This document shows positions 60,249 to 64,000 of a stretch of DNA of 64,000 nucleotides, one piece after another. Each line of letters begins with the position of its first letter. The stretch's first letter is position 1. Position numbers and translations under genes: made by a program. The stretch comes from Candidatus Sumerlaeaceae bacterium (GTDB taxonomy: Bacteria > Sumerlaeota > Sumerlaeia > Sumerlaeales > Sumerlaeaceae): NCBI GenBank assembly GCA_049968255.1, contig JBMFRB010000002.1, positions 413,881-477,880 of the forward strand. Direction: 5' to 3'. The notes beneath the pieces are model-generated. The model did not search any database, had not been told where the DNA came from, and saw nothing but the letters and a program-made list of their open reading frames with translations.

Positions 60249-63200
60249 TTAGGACGATGAGGCCTCGCTTAGGCTGTTTACCTTTTGCACGAGCTGCTCA
60301 TCTTTTTGCCCGCGGCAACAAAGAAGATAATAGGGGCATCGCCACCACAGGCTTTGGCATTTCGCTTTGTTTTCTTGTTCGTCGACCGAGGCGGCACCGA
60401 GCGGATAGAAGTGTCCTTTGGTACATCCAGCAAGATCACTGGCAATGCGACGCAGAGTTTCTTCAATGACCGACGCTATGGAGATTTTTGGCTCCTGCAC
60501 AGTGACTAGCTTTGCTGCCGCAGGAGAGATCTGATAGTATCCAAGCATCGCGCACTCCCCTAGCGCGTGGCCAAGTTTTTCTAATTCTGGTTCAAGGACC
60601 GTAAGCACTTCAGCATACAAAGGTAACTGAATAGCACAGAAACGCGTTGCTAGGTCCTTGGTGTTAGGATGCGTGGAGCCAGTCTTGTAATCAATCACGC
60701 CAAATACACGAGACTGACCAATGTTCCCCACGTCCACGCGATCAATTGCCCCGCGAAGTGCTATTGATGGCGGCGCACCAGGGACGCTGGGTAGAGGAAT
60801 TTCAATGTGAGAGTTCCACCCATCTGCGGGATCACCCTGACCGGATTCTGGTTTGAAGGGCTGACTTGAAGAATCACGAAGACCAAACTTCCACTCAAGA
60901 AGCTTAGGCGTCCAGTCCTTTGGCTCCCCGGCTTTGACCTCTTTCTGTTCGCGCTCGATTTCCGCTTCCACAAATTGCACCAACAACCCCTTGGTGGTCG
61001 TCAAGCTCGGCTGAAGATGGAGTGCGTGTCGCAGAACCTGTGCGATGTTGTCGGGAAGTTGTAGCTCCGGGGTAGACGTACCGAGAGCTAAACCTCCGAG
61101 AAATTCTAATGCAGAAGCTACTTGGCGCAGCGGCTCGTTTGGAAATTCTTTCTGAAGCTCCCTCCACGTAGATTTCACAAGCTCCGCCAGGATTGCGTCT
61201 GTGTGATCTTGCAGAGGCAACCACCCACAAGCTACCACGCGAGAAAGAAACTGGCGAAGGATTAGATGCACAAGCTGACCACGCTTCGCGGCATACTGGG
61301 CATCCTCATTCTGCGGGGATTGGATTCGAAGGATCTGGCCAAAAAAGAAATTTAGGCGACAACTGACGAGATCTTGCAATTGGTGAGCGCTAAAGATTCT
61401 CTCAAGCAAAGTGTCTGCAATTTTCGCGGTGCAAATTTTGCCCTCTAAATTCCCCTCAAGTTCGGTAAAGAATGGCACTTTGCGTCGCTCGACAGCGCTT
61501 TTAAGCCAAGCCAACTGCATGAGGCACTCACGCGCAGTTTCATCGAAGCGATTATCTTCGAAGAAAGACTCTCCAGCATTAGTCGTATCTGAAGGTGCGT
61601 CGTTAAGTTTATTTACTAACTCTATGACAGGCAAGACAGTCGGCGTAATATTTTGGGGGGGGCCGTATTCTTCCAAAAACTGAGAGGGTAAGAACTCAAC
61701 ATCTTGAGAAGTTCTGGGGTAGGACATATAGACTGTTTGCGATTGCTCCACGAGCCGCAGGAAGGCGTAACGTTGCTCGGACAACACGCGGACTTCGGGC
61801 CGAAGACCATCTTCGGATTTTTTTGCAAACGTGCGCCGACTTTCGAAGATCGGAAATTGGCCTTCGATCATCCCGACGAGGAAGAGCCTATTGTAACTTT
61901 CTCCAACTGCTGCTGTGGGCGCGAGGATCTGCACTCCCAACTCGTTCACGACTCTGTCGGCTACCAGCTCGCTTTCCACAAGCAGAGCTAATCCGTTCAA
62001 ATAATCCGCGAACTTCAGTGCTTCCCTAGAACCAAAGTCGAGCCACAATTGATGGTAGCGACGCACGAGAGAGAGAAGGCGCGCTACTGAAGCTGTGACG
62101 AAACGAACGTCGTCCGCGGTACGCCCCAATGGCAACCAGCTAGCGGCCTTACCGATGTGAGCCCCCAAAGCTAATCTTACCAAGAGGTGGTGGAGAAGCG
62201 CGTCAATTTTCTCGCTCCACTCATCGTGGGCGAGTTCACAACATAAAGCCCGAAGCTCTCCAGAAAGTTGACGCAGCGTTTCAACTAGATGATGTAATGT
62301 TTCGCTCGTATGCTGAGGATCCCTTTCGGATTCGCTGATCTCCGATGTATCAGTCTCGGCAATTTCGTTTTCGTCCCCACCCTCCAAGAGCTGCGTGTGG
62401 CGGAGTTCCTCCTCGACGCATCGCAAAAGTTCGTCCAGCGTGCCAGCCGTAGCAAAACGCCGTCGGGCCCAACGATATCGCGCTGCACGCCAACCTTTGA
62501 TGTGAAATAGGGCAGGTAACCACGGATGGGTCGCCAGACAGTCTAGCACGGCAAGGGGCACCAAGAGTCTTCCCTCAAGGACGTCGCTCTGGGGTGAGGC
62601 CGCAAAGCAGCTATCGACGACTTCAGCCAGGCGCTCGAAAAATTCCCAGATGGGCGTTAAAGTCAGCGGCTGTGCAAATGGCACACGGTGCGGAATGCCT
62701 TCTTGGCGAAAGGTGGAGCGAATAAGGCCCAGATACTCTGGGAATGATGGCACACAGACCGCGTATCCTTGGAACGAGCCATCTTTTTCTGCCATCTCGC
62801 GAAGTTGTTTCGCCAATTGGCGAACCTCTTCTTCGCGATCGGGCGCCTGGACAATGACCGGCCGTGAATCCAATTGCCGTTTGCACGTGCACGTGGCTTG
62901 GTCGCAAAAGAGACGAACTCCACAGCCAGAATCTCTCGGCACGTCTTTCTTAGGAGGCGGTTGGTATTCTGGGTCCCTGGCCCACCCACTCAAAACCCTC
63001 CACAATTCGGCGAGATGCGGAAAACGCTCACTTTCAGCCGGAGGAGAAAAGTCCAAGAACAGGTGCAGCGTAGGCGACTCGCCAATCGCCCCTCGCTCCT
63101 GACAGGACTGAGCTCGAAACCATCGGAGCAACGCCCATTCAAAAGGCGTAAACACCCAAAAGCCATCGAGTACGATGTCGCGAAGCATTTCACCATGTGG

Positions 63201-63791
63201 CAAAGCAAGCCAGGGATTTCCGTCCTTCCAAAGTTCGACGAGCAATTTCTCGCGATAAGACCAGTTTTTTCCGTCCAGGTAGTGGAAAAATTTCACGGCA
63301 AAGCGAGTAAGGTTGCTCGCTTCTGATGCCTCTTCGCTTGCTTGCGTCTTCAGGACTTCAGGCGCTTGGCTCAGGACCTCGAGTTCTTCGGCCAAGCGAT
63401 GGAGAATGCCATGCGCAAGTTGCGATTGGTCCGCAAAACTTCGGTTCCCCTCATGGTCGGACTTTTCAGTGGCCTGCAAGTACGAGAGCAAATCGGGACG
63501 GAGGGCTGGATCTCGCCAAGAAAAGTGCAAAAGGAGTGGCAGCTCCTGCGTTGAAATGCAACGTGGTTTGAGTCCTTCAAGAAGCTGCTCTTTCAGCTCT
63601 TCTACCGAGAGAAGAGTTACCCCGGTGAGAGCTCCAAATTGCTTAGCCCGGGTTAGCCGCTCAGCTCTTACGCTCGCGCTTGTAGGATAGACGAAGAGGA
63701 AACTGTTATCGCCCGCCCGGTCATAAGCTTGCCAAAGTTGCTCGCGAACTTTGGCAGCTTCTGCACGGCAGTAAATCCTGATGCCTGGCAT
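60249..63791 (-). CDS. AddB/RexB-like inactive-helicase plus PD-(D/E)XK nuclease protein
   Basis: APDREEEV, GMIEGQFP, SYPR and PSQF; C-terminal SC..FF, G..VH, RGAIDRVD, IDYKTG, QLPLY and a Cys cluster (C.....RCPY..CC). Confidence 0.82.
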   Translation of the reverse strand: MPGIRIYCRAEAAKVREQLWQAYDRAGDNSFLFVYPTSASVRAERLTRAKQFGALTGVTLLSVEELKEQLLEGLKPRCISTQELPLLLHFSWRDPALRPDLLSYLQATEKSDHEGNRSFADQSQLAHGILHRLAEELEVLSQAPEVLKTQASEEASEASNLTRFAVKFFHYLDGKNWSYREKLLVELWKDGNPWLALPHGEMLRDIVLDGFWVFTPFEWALLRWFRAQSCQERGAIGESPTLHLFLDFSPPAESERFPHLAELWRVLSGWARDPEYQPPPKKDVPRDSGCGVRLFCDQATCTCKRQLDSRPVIVQAPDREEEVRQLAKQLREMAEKDGSFQGYAVCVPSFPEYLGLIRSTFRQEGIPHRVPFAQPLTLTPIWEFFERLAEVVDSCFAASPQSDVLEGRLLVPLAVLDCLATHPWLPALFHIKGWRAARYRWARRRFATAGTLDELLRCVEEELRHTQLLEGGDENEIAETDTSEISESERDPQHTSETLHHLVETLRQLSGELRALCCELAHDEWSEKIDALLHHLLVRLALGAHIGKAASWLPLGRTADDVRFVTASVARLLSLVRRYHQLWLDFGSREALKFADYLNGLALLVESELVADRVVNELGVQILAPTAAVGESYNRLFLVGMIEGQFPIFESRRTFAKKSEDGLRPEVRVLSEQRYAFLRLVEQSQTVYMSYPRTSQDVEFLPSQFLEEYGPPQNITPTVLPVIELVNKLNDAPSDTTNAGESFFEDNRFDETARECLMQLAWLKSAVERRKVPFFTELEGNLEGKICTAKIADTLLERIFSAHQLQDLVSCRLNFFFGQILRIQSPQNEDAQYAAKRGQLVHLILRQFLSRVVACGWLPLQDHTDAILAELVKSTWRELQKEFPNEPLRQVASALEFLGGLALGTSTPELQLPDNIAQVLRHALHLQPSLTTTKGLLVQFVEAEIEREQKEVKAGEPKDWTPKLLEWKFGLRDSSSQPFKPESGQGDPADGWNSHIEIPLPSVPGAPPSIALRGAIDRVDVGNIGQSRVFGVIDYKTGSTHPNTKDLATRFCAIQLPLYAEVLTVLEPELEKLGHALGECAMLGYYQISPAAAKLVTVQEPKISIASVIEETLRRIASDLAGCTKGHFYPLGAASVDEQENKAKCQSLWWRCPYYLLCCRGQKDEQLVQKVNSLSEASSS

Positions 63792-63946
63792 GGATTGAGC
63801 TGACTCCCCCGTTTTTGCGATTCATTATTTAGTTGCCGCATGGCTACCTTCTCGATGTCATCATGAATGCAGCTCCTGATGCAAGAATGAATAACTCGGT
63901 GCTCGTCGAGTAGCTTCTCGGCGCAGAGTTGCAAGCACAAGAGCGT

Positions 63947-64000
63947 GGGCGATTAGCTCAGTTGGTTAGAGCGCCACGTTGACATCGTGGAGGTCAGTGG
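63947..64000 (+). tRNA. tRNA-Val (GAC), truncated by the window end
   Basis: GGGCGATTAGCTCAGTTGGTTAGAGCG-CCACG-TTGACAT-CGTGG-AGGTC. Confidence 0.93.

Noticed and set aside
61651-61662. T4-G8 homopolymer in the AddB-like gene as a phase-variation site
   Set aside because: Frame is intact and the tract is short; no evidence of variability from one sequence.

Overview
A gene-dense 64 kb stretch of core chromosome from a diderm bacterium. LptA/LptC-, LolA- and LpxA-like genes, PVC-like TPR and FG-GAP proteins and the IorAB-PaaK module suggest a poorly characterised lineage such as Sumerlaeota/BRC1 or a PVC relative (inference only). Housekeeping genes are nuoM/nuoN, thrS, dnaA, trmD, eno, PBP1A, a family-4 UDG and an AddB-like nuclease, plus three tRNAs (Arg-ACG, Leu-GAG, partial Val-GAC). 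No integrase, transposase, prophage or CRISPR array was seen. The most striking content is envelope glycosylation. A 7-gene cluster (11.5-19.8 kb) has three paralogous GT-C transferases (one split by a 1-nt frameshift), a sugar dehydrogenase/aminotransferase pair, a polyprenyl-phosphate GT2 and a DedA-type flippase, resembling an Arn-like lipid-linked amino-sugar system with three outputs. A second unit (gspG, lone lpxA, GT2, YfhO-like GT-C) follows a well-spaced sigma-54 promoter and faces a TMTC-like GT-C/TPR gene. Several genes are out of their usual context: dnaA without dnaN or DnaA boxes, addB-like without addA, lptCA without lptB, and trmD without rimM/rplS. All calls come from motif recognition in the translations; no database search was run.
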